DNA from: a virus
Taxonomy: Duplodnaviria; Caudoviricetes
DNA length: 25,000 bases
Virus record (IMG/VR): IMGVR_UViG_3300025610_000134
Location: 1-25,000 of that record
Strand: one strand, 5' to 3'
Shown: positions 15,504-24,114 of the stretch, in pieces
How the letters are laid out: each line of letters begins with the position of its first letter
Position numbering within the stretch: the stretch's first letter is position 1
Translations under genes and position numbers: made by a program
Notes under the pieces: generated by a model
What the model was told of the DNA's origin: nothing
The model's input: the letters and a program-made list of their open reading frames with translations, nothing else
The model's database searches: none

Positions 15504-18235
15504 TGGCGAAGAAGCAACAAACAGTACATCAGATTAAAATACTAGGTCTTAATGATATTAAGGCTTTAAATGTTGAGATAAGCAAGTTAGCGGGTAACTA
15601 TGATAAGCTAGGTAAGGAGGGTAAAGAAACTTCCGAATCAACCAAAAAAGTTGGTAAAGCATCTAAAGATTCTTCAGGAGGCATTTCAAAGATGGCTAAA
15701 GGTGCTGCTGCTGCTGCTGCTGCTTTAGTGGCTTTTAATAAAGTATCAAAACTTATGACACAACAGATGAAACAAGCTGTTGAAGTTTTCAAGGGTTTTG
15801 AATTTGAAATGACTAAGGTAAAGGCAATCTCAGGAGCTAACGATGCTGAGTTTAAAAAACTAAACAAATCAGCACAAGAGTTAGGTCGTTCTACATTCTT
15901 TACAGCACAACAGGTTGCAGCTTTACAGCTTAACTTTTCTAAACTTGGATTTACAGCATCAGAGGTTTTGGAAGTGCAAGAAGCAGCTTTACTTGGTGCA
16001 ACAGCAACAGGTGAGGACTTAGCAAGAACAGCAACAGTAATTGGTTCTACTGTTAGAGGTTTTGGTTTAGATGCTACTGAGGGTGCTAGAGTAGCTGATG
16101 TTATGGCAGCTTCATTTACAAGTTCAGCATTAACTCTTGAAAAGTTCCAAACATCAATGACAAAGGTTTCTCCTGTTGCGAAACTGCTAGGTATGGACTT
16201 GGAGGAAACTACTGCTGTTATGGGTGTGCTTACAGATGCGGGTATTGAAGCATCTATTGCAGGTACATCACTTCGTAATATATTCCTAAAACTTGGTGAC
16301 CCATCATCTGACTTAGCTAAGTCTATTGGATTTACTGTAAACTCAGGAGAAGATATGGTTCGTGAGTTTAGAAGAATGAGGGATGAAGGTATTAATGTAG
16401 AAAAGATGCTTGAGGTTGTAGATGTAAGACAGGTAGCTGCAATATCTACAATGATAGAACATATTGATAAGATTGAAAAACAAACCGAAGCATTTAGAAA
16501 CTCTGAGGGTGCTGCGGGGGATATGGCAGGTGTTATTGGCGACTCTTTGCAAGGTGCTACCCTTCGTTTTCAATCAGCACTCGATGGTTTAAGAATCGTT
16601 ATTGTAGAAAAGTTTGCTCCTGCACTTACAGGTATGTTGGATAGACTTGCTAGACTATTTAATCTATATGCAGAATCTATATCTCCAATGCAAACCAATA
16701 TTGAGCTGATGCAAGAGCAACAAAGACTTTTTGATTCTCAAATTAAGCTGCTTACAGATGCAAACTTATCTGAAGATGCTAGAAGAATTATTATTAAAGA
16801 GATAAATAAAGAGTTTAAAGATTACCTACCAAACCTTATATCAGAAAAAGATGGTCTTGATGAAATAACAAAGGCAAGTGATTTAGCTGTTACAGCTATG
16901 ACCAAAAGAGTTGTTGCTATGAAGTTTGAGCAAGAACAAAAAGAGATATTGGATAAAAGGAGAGCTGCTTCTGAGCATTTAGCAAATATGCAGATAGCAG
17001 AATCAAGAGGTGAATTATCATCTCAACAAGAAGGGTTATCAGCAGAAGCAGAAGCAACATTGAAAGGTTTTGAGGACTTAGCCATAGGACTTTCTAAATC
17101 TACCTTAGAATCTACTGAAGGCTCTATTGAGGAGCTTACTAAGAAATATAGATTGATGGCACAGGAATTAGGATTTGCTTTTGAAGATTTATTTCCTGAT
17201 GCTCCAAAAACCGATGAAAATAACGATAATGGGAATGGAGGTGATGGAGAAGGTATAACTCAACTTGAAATACAAGAGGAAATATTACAACGAGCATTAC
17301 TTGACATTAAAAAAGATTACTTAGTTCAAGAAGAACAAGATAAAAATGACTTAAACGCAAGACTTTTAGCATCTGAAATAATACATTTAGAGCAAACCAT
17401 TGGATTACTAGAAGATGGTTCTGATGCTAAATTCCAAATAGAAAAAAGATTAACAGACGCTAAAATAAAACTTAAAGAGCAAGAAGCTAATGCTCATATA
17501 AAATCGGAAGAAGATAAGAGGAAGGCGACAGAAAAGAATATTGCCACAATGAAAGAAACAGGTAAACTGTTAATGCAAATTGGTGAGCAAGAAGGTGAAA
17601 ATAGTAAGATAAGAGCAATAGGTATTAAGATAACTCAAGCTGCTGCGGTAGCAGAGGGTATTCACGGACTAACGAAAAGTTTTAGCGCAATATCAGAGCA
17701 AGGTTTAGGCGGTGACCCATTTACCGCAATATTAAGAGTAGCTGCTATGGCAGCGCAACTAGCATCTGTTATATCTAATTTAAAAGCGTTAACAGGCAGT
17801 AGTGGTGGCGGAGGTGGCTCATCTGATGGTGAAGCTACATTCTTACAAGATAGTCAGGGTAATCAGTTTGCTAATGGTGGACTAACAAGAGGTGGTATGT
17901 TTCAAGGTAACTCACACGCTAATGGTGGTGTTAAATTTAGAGTTGGTGGTAGAATACACGAAGCTGAAGGTGGTGAAGCAATTATCAACAAAAAATCAAC
18001 AAGTATGTTTAGACCTGTACTATCAGCTATCAATAGCTACAATGGTAATGGTGTAAAGTTTGCTGATGGTGGTTTACTCAATAGCGGAGAGAAGTTTGCT
18101 ATGGGCGGTGAGCTAAGGTCAGCACAACAATTAATAAGTGGAGGAATGGGAAGTTCTAAGGTTGTAATCGTTGAAAGTGATATGACAGAAGTGCAGAATA
18201 GAATATCTGCTATTGAAAGTCAGGCTACTTTTTAG
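15503..18235 (+). CDS. Tape measure protein (TP901 family core)
   Basis: FEFEMTKVKAISGA, LSKLGF-like FSKLGF, RVADVMA and AGTSLRNI motifs; long helical body; C-terminal FANGG…SHANGG…EAEGGEAIIN. Confidence 0.92.
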   Translation: MAKKQQTVHQIKILGLNDIKALNVEISKLAGNYDKLGKEGKETSESTKKVGKASKDSSGGISKMAKGAAAAAAALVAFNKVSKLMTQQMKQAVEVFKGFEFEMTKVKAISGANDAEFKKLNKSAQELGRSTFFTAQQVAALQLNFSKLGFTASEVLEVQEAALLGATATGEDLARTATVIGSTVRGFGLDATEGARVADVMAASFTSSALTLEKFQTSMTKVSPVAKLLGMDLEETTAVMGVLTDAGIEASIAGTSLRNIFLKLGDPSSDLAKSIGFTVNSGEDMVREFRRMRDEGINVEKMLEVVDVRQVAAISTMIEHIDKIEKQTEAFRNSEGAAGDMAGVIGDSLQGATLRFQSALDGLRIVIVEKFAPALTGMLDRLARLFNLYAESISPMQTNIELMQEQQRLFDSQIKLLTDANLSEDARRIIIKEINKEFKDYLPNLISEKDGLDEITKASDLAVTAMTKRVVAMKFEQEQKEILDKRRAASEHLANMQIAESRGELSSQQEGLSAEAEATLKGFEDLAIGLSKSTLESTEGSIEELTKKYRLMAQELGFAFEDLFPDAPKTDENNDNGNGGDGEGITQLEIQEEILQRALLDIKKDYLVQEEQDKNDLNARLLASEIIHLEQTIGLLEDGSDAKFQIEKRLTDAKIKLKEQEANAHIKSEEDKRKATEKNIATMKETGKLLMQIGEQEGENSKIRAIGIKITQAAAVAEGIHGLTKSFSAISEQGLGGDPFTAILRVAAMAAQLASVISNLKALTGSSGGGGGSSDGEATFLQDSQGNQFANGGLTRGGMFQGNSHANGGVKFRVGGRIHEAEGGEAIINKKSTSMFRPVLSAINSYNGNGVKFADGGLLNSGEKFAMGGELRSAQQLISGGMGSSKVVIVESDMTEVQNRISAIESQATF

Positions 18236-18243
18236 TATATTTG
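18213..18243 (+). promoter_or_regulatory. Promoter of the Mor-like gene (predicted leaderless)
   Basis: TTG 18213-18215, 20-nt spacer, TATATTTG 18236-18243; 3 nt to ATG 18247. Confidence 0.7.
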
Positions 18244-18246
18244 CGT

Positions 18247-18564
18247 ATGATAAGACAGAATAGTGCCGATATTGTTAATGAGTTCATAGAGCTTATATAC
18301 AATGAAGTCAAGGTGCGATACTCTGAGGAAGCAGGAATAAAGAATGTCCTAAACCATCTATCAGAGAAAGGTCTTATCGAGCCAAGAAAGCTAAGAGATT
18401 ATATGATAATAAGAGATTTTGACAAGGTCTTGGAATCTAATGATGGTAACTACACATTTACATATATGGACATATCCATAAAGTACGATGTGTCAGAAAG
18501 AACCATTCAGAATATTATGTATAAGCACAAGCGTAAATTCAACAAAGACTACAATATTAGATGA
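18247..18564 (+). CDS. Mor/C-like transcription regulator (C-terminal HTH)
   Basis: RDYMIIRDF…MDISIKYDVSERTIQNIM resembles the Mor-family HTH. Start moved from TTG 18241, which is part of the -7 box, to the in-frame ATG 18247. Confidence 0.65.
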   Translation: MIRQNSADIVNEFIELIYNEVKVRYSEEAGIKNVLNHLSEKGLIEPRKLRDYMIIRDFDKVLESNDGNYTFTYMDISIKYDVSERTIQNIMYKHKRKFNKDYNIR

Positions 18565-18575
18565 TTACCCCATTT

Positions 18576-18610
18576 CTGCGAAAGATATAATACATTAATT
18601 ATTAAATTTG
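18576..18610 (+). promoter_or_regulatory. Late head-module promoter with TGCGA box (predicted leaderless)
   Basis: CTGCGAAAGATA at 18576, TAAATTTG 18603-18610, 4 nt to ATG 18615. Confidence 0.7.
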
Positions 18611-18614
18611 CAAA

Positions 18615-19619
18615 ATGAACAAATGGTATTCAATAGAAAACAAAGCAGATAATAGCGTAGAAATATCTATCTATGATGAGATAGGTGACTACGGAACATC
18701 TGCTAAGAACTTTATAGAGGAAGTAAAAGCTGTTGGAACTGCTGACATCACATTGCGTATCAACTCTGTTGGTGGTAGTGTGTTTGATGGTTTAGCTATT
18801 TACAATACTTTACGTTCTCACAATGGATATGTAAACATTAAGATTGAAGGTTTAGCTGCATCTATATCAACTGTTATTGCGATGGCGGGAGATAATATTG
18901 AGATGTCAGAAAACGGATTCTTTATGATTCACAATCCTTTCGGACAATCGGCAGGTGAAGCAGGTGATATGCGTAAGACTGCTGATTTACTTGACAAGAT
19001 AAAAGAGGAGATTATGGAAATCTATTCTAAGAAAACAAACCTTTCGTTTGAAACTCTTTCGGATATGATGGATAAAGAAACTTGGTTGTCTAGTCAAGAA
19101 GCAATGGAATATGGCTTTATAGATACTATTACAGAGCCTATGAAAGTTGCTGCATCTTTTGACCTTTCTAAATTTACTAACGTGAACGAGAAAGAGGTCA
19201 ATGATAAATTGAAATTAAATAATAATAATAAATCAATTAAAATGACTGAAGAATTAAAAACTTGGTTCAACGGTGTTAAAGAGGAAATCTTAAACGCTGT
19301 AAAAGGAGAGAATGTTTCTACTCCTGCTGAAGAAGTTTCTGTTTCTATTTCTGACAATGAGGTTATCGTTAATAAGCTAGAAGAACTAGAAGAAAACGCT
19401 AACTCTTTGCGTGAAGAAAAAGAAGAATTAGCAGGTCTTGTTGGTGAGAAAGAAGGCACTATTGCTGACTTAACTAACAAAGTTGCTGATATGGAAGCTA
19501 AATTAGCTAAATTAGAAGCTACTGAAACTAATGTAGAAGTAGAAAGCGACCCTGCAATCAACGAAAGTGATGTTGTAGTTAACGCTTGGGATGCTTTTGC
19601 TAAATCAATTTTAAAATAA
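18615..19619 (+). CDS. ClpP-like (S14) prohead protease with C-terminal coiled-coil scaffold
   Basis: INSVGGSVFDG, GLAASIS (catalytic Ser), FMIHNP (His), ETWLS, YGFID; acidic heptads at the C-terminus. Confidence 0.92.
   Translation: MNKWYSIENKADNSVEISIYDEIGDYGTSAKNFIEEVKAVGTADITLRINSVGGSVFDGLAIYNTLRSHNGYVNIKIEGLAASISTVIAMAGDNIEMSENGFFMIHNPFGQSAGEAGDMRKTADLLDKIKEEIMEIYSKKTNLSFETLSDMMDKETWLSSQEAMEYGFIDTITEPMKVAASFDLSKFTNVNEKEVNDKLKLNNNNKSIKMTEELKTWFNGVKEEILNAVKGENVSTPAEEVSVSISDNEVIVNKLEELEENANSLREEKEELAGLVGEKEGTIADLTNKVADMEAKLAKLEATETNVEVESDPAINESDVVVNAWDAFAKSILK
19242..19619 (+). CDS. Nested in-frame scaffolding protein (125 aa, MTEELK…)
   Basis: In-frame ATG preceded by aataataataaatcaattaaa, which resembles the start contexts of the capsid and tail-tube genes. 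Confidence 0.55.
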   Translation: MTEELKTWFNGVKEEILNAVKGENVSTPAEEVSVSISDNEVIVNKLEELEENANSLREEKEELAGLVGEKEGTIADLTNKVADMEAKLAKLEATETNVEVESDPAINESDVVVNAWDAFAKSILK

Positions 19620-19636
19620 TTAATAAATAATATAAT

Positions 19637-20656
19637 ATGGCTTTACAATTAACAAGTTTACCAACTGTTGAGCAGTATGATGTAAACAGAGCAATCATCC
19701 AACCTATCTTTATGGGTCAGGATTATATGCAATATATGGAAGTATTACCTAACATTAAAGGTACTACTGTGATTGACAAGTTCAATCAATTAGGAAAGAT
19801 TACAAAGGCTTTCACAAACGATGCTTTCTCTGCTGAATCTGATGTAGATAAAGGTGCTACAATTACAATCACTCCTTCTCGTGTAGAAGCTGAGATTGAG
19901 TTTAGAGCAAACGAGCTTTTCAATAAGATGAAAGGTCAATTGATGCGTGACGGACACGAGTTTGATAATGTTGAAGGCTCTGTTGTTAAGAATATTCTTC
20001 TTGACTTAATTGGACAAGGCGTAAAAGCTGACTTTAATCGTCAACTATGGTTGTCAGATGTTGCTGAAGCTGATGCTGACTACGGTATCTATGATGGTAT
20101 CTTCCAAGTAGCTAAAGAAGCAGGTGCAACTGCATTAACAAGAGAATATAGTGGTTTAACTACACAGGCTGACGATGCTGCTTTAGTAGCGGGTAATGGT
20201 CTTAAAATTATGCAAGGTCTTTATGATTCTGCTGCTCCTGAATTATTAGAAGCAGGAAATCACGTATTCTTTGTATCAGGTGATATCGCTGATGACTATA
20301 TGGCTTCAACTTTAGAATCTTCTAGCTTTGCTGCTGCGGGTTACGGTGCTATGGTTAACGGTGTTCCTAACTTAACTTACAGAGGTATTCCTATCATTGT
20401 ACGTAGAGATTGGGATGTAGCAATCGCTGCTGATGTTGCAGAAATCAACGGTTGTACTGCTGCTGCTGAAACTCACAGAGCTTTACTAACTACAAAAGAT
20501 GCTTTTGTTGTAGGTACTGACTTCGATGAGAACTCTGTTGAGCAATGGTATTCTATGGATCACAAAGCGTATCGTTTTAGAGTTGCTTATATGGTTGGTG
20601 TAGCGTTGAAAGACCCTAAACTAGCTGTATATTATACTCCTAATGCAATATCGTAA
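19637..20656 (+). CDS. Major capsid protein
   Basis: Follows the protease/scaffold; 339 aa; YDGIF motif; strongly biased GCT/GGT codons; terminator downstream. Confidence 0.85.
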   Translation: MALQLTSLPTVEQYDVNRAIIQPIFMGQDYMQYMEVLPNIKGTTVIDKFNQLGKITKAFTNDAFSAESDVDKGATITITPSRVEAEIEFRANELFNKMKGQLMRDGHEFDNVEGSVVKNILLDLIGQGVKADFNRQLWLSDVAEADADYGIYDGIFQVAKEAGATALTREYSGLTTQADDAALVAGNGLKIMQGLYDSAAPELLEAGNHVFFVSGDIADDYMASTLESSSFAAAGYGAMVNGVPNLTYRGIPIIVRRDWDVAIAADVAEINGCTAAAETHRALLTTKDAFVVGTDFDENSVEQWYSMDHKAYRFRVAYMVGVALKDPKLAVYYTPNAIS

Positions 20657-20663
20657 TTAATTT

Positions 20664-20699
20664 AATTAATGGGGGATGAAATACTCCCCCTTAATTTTT
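20664..20699 (+). terminator. Intrinsic terminator after the capsid gene
   Basis: GGGGGA-tgaaatac-TCCCCC hairpin extended by AATTAA/TTAATT, with a T-rich tail. Confidence 0.7.
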
Positions 20700-20720
20700 A
20701 ACTATTAAAAAAATAATAAA

Positions 20721-21287
20721 ATGGCAATAGAAAATTTAGTTGTAGTCAACTCTGATATTGAAAAAAGAGGTGGTCTAAGACACATTGCACTTTGTGAGTT
20801 GGATAAGTTAACTCCTACATTTAGTAATACTACTGATGTTCACGGTGTTGCTTTAGCACAATCTGAGGATTTAGCTAACTTTGACCTTAAACAAGGTACA
20901 GGTTCTTTATCTACAAGTGGCTCTAAAGAAAATGGTGTTGTTATGTTTGAGCATACTATATCTTTTTATGTTCCTAACTGCTCAACTGAGCATTTTAGCA
21001 ACCTACAAGATTTGCTAGGTAAAAGACTTGCAGCAGTAGTAGTTGACCATAATGACAACAAATACTGTGTAGGTATTAGTGAGGCTTACGGACACGAAAC
21101 AGGAGATAATGCTTTTGCTTCACAAATGTATGCTACATTGACTTCTATCGAAGGTGGAACAGGTGCAGCACTTGGTGAAGAAAACGGTGTTACTGTAACA
21201 ATTTCTTGTAGTTCAGGTGAGCTTCCAAGAATTGTAACAAGTACAGTTACTGTTAATCAATCATCAGGAACAGTTACCTTATCATAA
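20721..21287 (+). CDS. Major tail (tube) protein, putative
   Basis: GGLRHI…FEHTISF…VVVDHND…GTGAALGEENGVTVTI pattern; 188 aa, beta-rich. Confidence 0.65.
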   Translation: MAIENLVVVNSDIEKRGGLRHIALCELDKLTPTFSNTTDVHGVALAQSEDLANFDLKQGTGSLSTSGSKENGVVMFEHTISFYVPNCSTEHFSNLQDLLGKRLAAVVVDHNDNKYCVGISEAYGHETGDNAFASQMYATLTSIEGGTGAALGEENGVTVTISCSSGELPRIVTSTVTVNQSSGTVTLS

Positions 21288-21306
21288 TAATTAACTAAAA
21301 AGTAAT

Positions 21307-21339
21307 GGATTGGGCAATTTGCCCTTTCCTTCTTTTTTT
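21307..21339 (+). terminator. Intrinsic terminator overlapping the next promoter
   Basis: GGA-tt-GGGC-aattt-GCCC-tt-TCC followed by a T tract. Confidence 0.6.
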
Positions 21340-21349
21340 ATTATACTTG
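21319..21349 (+). promoter_or_regulatory. Promoter of the portal module (predicted leaderless)
   Basis: TTG 21319-21321, 20-nt spacer, TATACTTG 21342-21349 (one mismatch); 4 nt to ATG 21354. Confidence 0.55.
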
Positions 21350-21353
21350 CAAT

Positions 21354-21554
21354 ATGTATAAATCAACATTAAAAGAAGGTCTTACCGTTTTTAACGGATT
21401 TAAAGTTATGTGGGCAAATGCAACTCAAGATGAACTAAAGAAGGTTTATGACTTGGGATTTACTAACCTTGTAAGCAAAGAAGATGCAAAACCGAAGAAA
21501 ACCAAATCAAAAGCAAAAGAAGAATCAAGTAAAGACAACTCCGACAAAGAGTAG
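21354..21554 (+). CDS. Small hypothetical protein with Lys-rich tail
   Basis: ATQDELKKVYDLG core; overlaps the portal start by 71 nt. Confidence 0.65.
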   Translation: MYKSTLKEGLTVFNGFKVMWANATQDELKKVYDLGFTNLVSKEDAKPKKTKSKAKEESSKDNSDKE

Positions 21555-22776
21555 TTTTAATACTAAGTATGCTTTTGTAAATCTATCTACTCCTACGGTA
21601 GATACTGAGGTTAAGGATTTAGACAGACTAAGAGAGGACTTTATTCCTTTTGGTAAGGATAACTTATTTCCTCAATACTTAGCTGAACTAAAAAGACAAT
21701 CTTCTACACACAGGTCTGTATTAGCACAGAAAACTACATTCACTACGGGTGGTGGTTTTATTACTGACAATGAAGCTCTAAGTGGTTTTATTGAAGATGT
21801 AAACGCTAATGGAGAAAGTTTAAAGGACTGCTTTAAAAAACTAGCTGACGACTATTATACTTATGGTAATGCTTTCTTAGAAGGTGTTGTATATGATGGC
21901 GGTGTAAACTTCTATCATAAAGATGCTTCAACAGCTAGGGTTTCTAAAAATAAGAAGTACGTTTACTTCAACTCTGATTGGTCTAATTACAGAAAGAACA
22001 AAGAGAAAACTCAAAGAATACCTGTTTACCCACAGATTTCTAACAGCAGTTTTATTATACATTACAAGGATTACGAAAGTACATTTAACTTTTATGGTTT
22101 ACCTGACTATGTAGCTGCATTGGAACACATAGCAATAGACTATGAGATTGGTAAATTTAACCATACATCATTTAAGAATGGATTTAGTCCTTCCGCTATT
22201 GTTACCGTTAATGGCGATTTTGGCGAATCAGAAGCCGAAAAGTTTGTTGAAACTGCTAAAGAAACGCTAACAGGTAGTGGTAACAACTCAAAGATATTAT
22301 TCCTTGTAAAGAATGGAGAGGATAGTCGAGGAACTGATGTTCAGATTATATCCAACAAGGAAGATGGTGACTTCTTAGACTTACAGAAGTTAACCGACCA
22401 AAACATAATTACCGCTCACAGATGGCAACCTGCCTTGAGTGGTATCGTATCATCGGGTAAGATGAACAATACGGGTAGTGAGATTAGAATAGCTTATGAC
22501 TTAGCTATGTCAACTGTTATTAGAGATACTACTAACATCTTGCTAGAGCCGATTAAAAGGGTTATCAATGCAGAGATGGGTATTGACACAAGTGACCTTA
22601 CGGTAGCTTACGAACCGCCTATCTCATTCCTTGCAGATATTGACCCTAAACAAGTATTGACTATCAATGAGCAAAGAGCAATGCTTAATAAAGACTTGCC
22701 TAACATTCCTGATGGTGAATTACTTATATCAGATAGACAAACAATAACCGTACAAAGACAACAAGAGAATGGCTAA
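21484..22776 (+). CDS. Portal protein
   Basis: IPFGKDNLFPQYL…SSTH, YGNAFLE, YGLPDY, NGFSPS, IITAHR and LTINEQRA motifs; 430 aa. Confidence 0.85.
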   Translation: MQNRRKPNQKQKKNQVKTTPTKSSFNTKYAFVNLSTPTVDTEVKDLDRLREDFIPFGKDNLFPQYLAELKRQSSTHRSVLAQKTTFTTGGGFITDNEALSGFIEDVNANGESLKDCFKKLADDYYTYGNAFLEGVVYDGGVNFYHKDASTARVSKNKKYVYFNSDWSNYRKNKEKTQRIPVYPQISNSSFIIHYKDYESTFNFYGLPDYVAALEHIAIDYEIGKFNHTSFKNGFSPSAIVTVNGDFGESEAEKFVETAKETLTGSGNNSKILFLVKNGEDSRGTDVQIISNKEDGDFLDLQKLTDQNIITAHRWQPALSGIVSSGKMNNTGSEIRIAYDLAMSTVIRDTTNILLEPIKRVINAEMGIDTSDLTVAYEPPISFLADIDPKQVLTINEQRAMLNKDLPNIPDGELLISDRQTITVQRQQENG

Positions 22777-23299
22777 TGTAAGACAATATGATAAGTTTGT
22801 AACACCTTCAGAGGTTATATCTACTGCGTTTACTAATCAAGCAACAGATACAGCTTTGATTAGCGATGCTATCCTTGAAATTGCTGAACTTGCACACATT
22901 AAGCCTGAGCTTGGTTTGGATATGTATGAGGAGCTAAAGATACAGAACGATAGCACAGGAACTCTTACAGCAGCCAACTCAATGCTTTTACAATACTACC
23001 TTAGACCTGCATTATGTTGGTTTGTTAGATTTGAGGTTATGAATGAGATTCAGTACAACACAACATCGGCAGGATTAGTTGTTAACGTTTCCGATTTTAG
23101 CACTCCTGCAAATGTAGAGCAATTTAATCAAATGAAAAGTGATACATTTAGAAAGGCACAAGTTTTACTTGACGATATGATTGCTTACATTACACATCAA
23201 GACCAAGTAAATAACTATCCTTTGTATGGTAAAGATGGAGATAGCTCTATGCCTGATACGGATATAGCTAGTAAGATGAACGGAATAATATTCTACTAA
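22769..23299 (+). CDS. Head-tail adaptor/connector protein, putative
   Basis: Follows the portal; helical; HIKPELGLDMYEEL…YLRPAL…YPLY pattern. Confidence 0.6.
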   Translation: MANVRQYDKFVTPSEVISTAFTNQATDTALISDAILEIAELAHIKPELGLDMYEELKIQNDSTGTLTAANSMLLQYYLRPALCWFVRFEVMNEIQYNTTSAGLVVNVSDFSTPANVEQFNQMKSDTFRKAQVLLDDMIAYITHQDQVNNYPLYGKDGDSSMPDTDIASKMNGIIFY

Positions 23300-23826
23300 T
23301 GAAGGAAGAAGAAAACGTATTTAGAGAGAACAAGGAATGTCCTGATGGATATGAACACCAAATGCCTGATGGCTCTTGGATGTGCGGTAAAGAACACGAT
23401 GGTGGTGCTTACGATGAGTTTGACGAAAACCAACTTGACCTTATGGATTTAATCAACGAGATGATGAGTGATTTGATTTCTGAAGTTAAGTCTGCTAAAA
23501 ATGCTTTCTCTCAAGAGGAGATTGATGAAACATATACAGAGTACAAGAAGTCTGTGAATATGAGTTACTCAGAACTAAAGAGATGGTCTGAGAATAAATG
23601 TAGTAAAAAGGCTAGTTTAGGTAGAGATGCTATAAACAGAAACCTAAAACTACTTTCTAAGAAAAAAGCTGATTGGACATCTAACGATGCTACTGAAGCT
23701 AGAAAAGCTATTGCTTATATTGCAAGAGCAATAAAACAACCACAAGGCAAAGATGTGAGTAAAGAATGCCCTTACTCCAAAAACTATATTGCTTTAAAAA
23801 ATTGGGCATACGATAGAAACAAATAA
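23299..23826 (+). CDS. Protein with N-terminal Cys/His motif and C-terminal DUF3140-like domain
   Basis: CPDGYEHQMPDGSWMCGKEH; VNMSYSELKRW…LLSKKKADWT…RKAIAYIAR…LKNWAYD. Confidence 0.6.
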   Translation: MKEEENVFRENKECPDGYEHQMPDGSWMCGKEHDGGAYDEFDENQLDLMDLINEMMSDLISEVKSAKNAFSQEEIDETYTEYKKSVNMSYSELKRWSENKCSKKASLGRDAINRNLKLLSKKKADWTSNDATEARKAIAYIARAIKQPQGKDVSKECPYSKNYIALKNWAYDRNK

Positions 23827-23837
23827 AATAAGATAAA

Positions 23838-24113
23838 ATGGCAACAGGATTTTTAGATGATAATGAATCGTTGATGAGAATGGTAGGACACACCGTTGGT
23901 GATGTTGAGGTATTTACTACTGCTGCTCAAACAAGCAAAAGTTTTTACTGCATACATTTCCCTGTGGAAAGTGTAGTATCAAGCATTGCTGTTGATGGTT
24001 GTACGGGTGAAACTGCTCTACAAACTACTTTACCTGCGGGAACTACATTGTTCTTGGGTAAAGTAACAGCGATTACATTAACAAGCGGTATTTGCATAGG
24101 ATATACAAGATAA
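23838..24113 (+). CDS. Small beta-rich hypothetical virion protein
   Basis: 91 aa, LPAGTTL…ITLTSG…IGY; lies in the structural operon. Confidence 0.65.
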   Translation: MATGFLDDNESLMRMVGHTVGDVEVFTTAAQTSKSFYCIHFPVESVVSSIAVDGCTGETALQTTLPAGTTLFLGKVTAITLTSGICIGYTR

Positions 24114-24114
24114 T

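Noticed and set aside
15704-15724. (GCT)n microsatellite
   Set aside because: Encodes a poly-Ala stretch using the preferred Ala codon; length change would keep the frame.
15162-16573. Minus-strand ORFs opposite the neck and tape measure genes
   Set aside because: Antisense shadows caused by codon bias.
19094-19561. 155-aa minus-strand ORF
   Set aside because: Ser/Leu-rich mirror of the GAA/AAA-rich scaffold region.
21923-22114. Alternative-frame ORF inside the portal gene
   Set aside because: Short, no start context, fully nested.
23708-23893. 61-aa minus-strand ORF
   Set aside because: Antisense to two well-supported genes.
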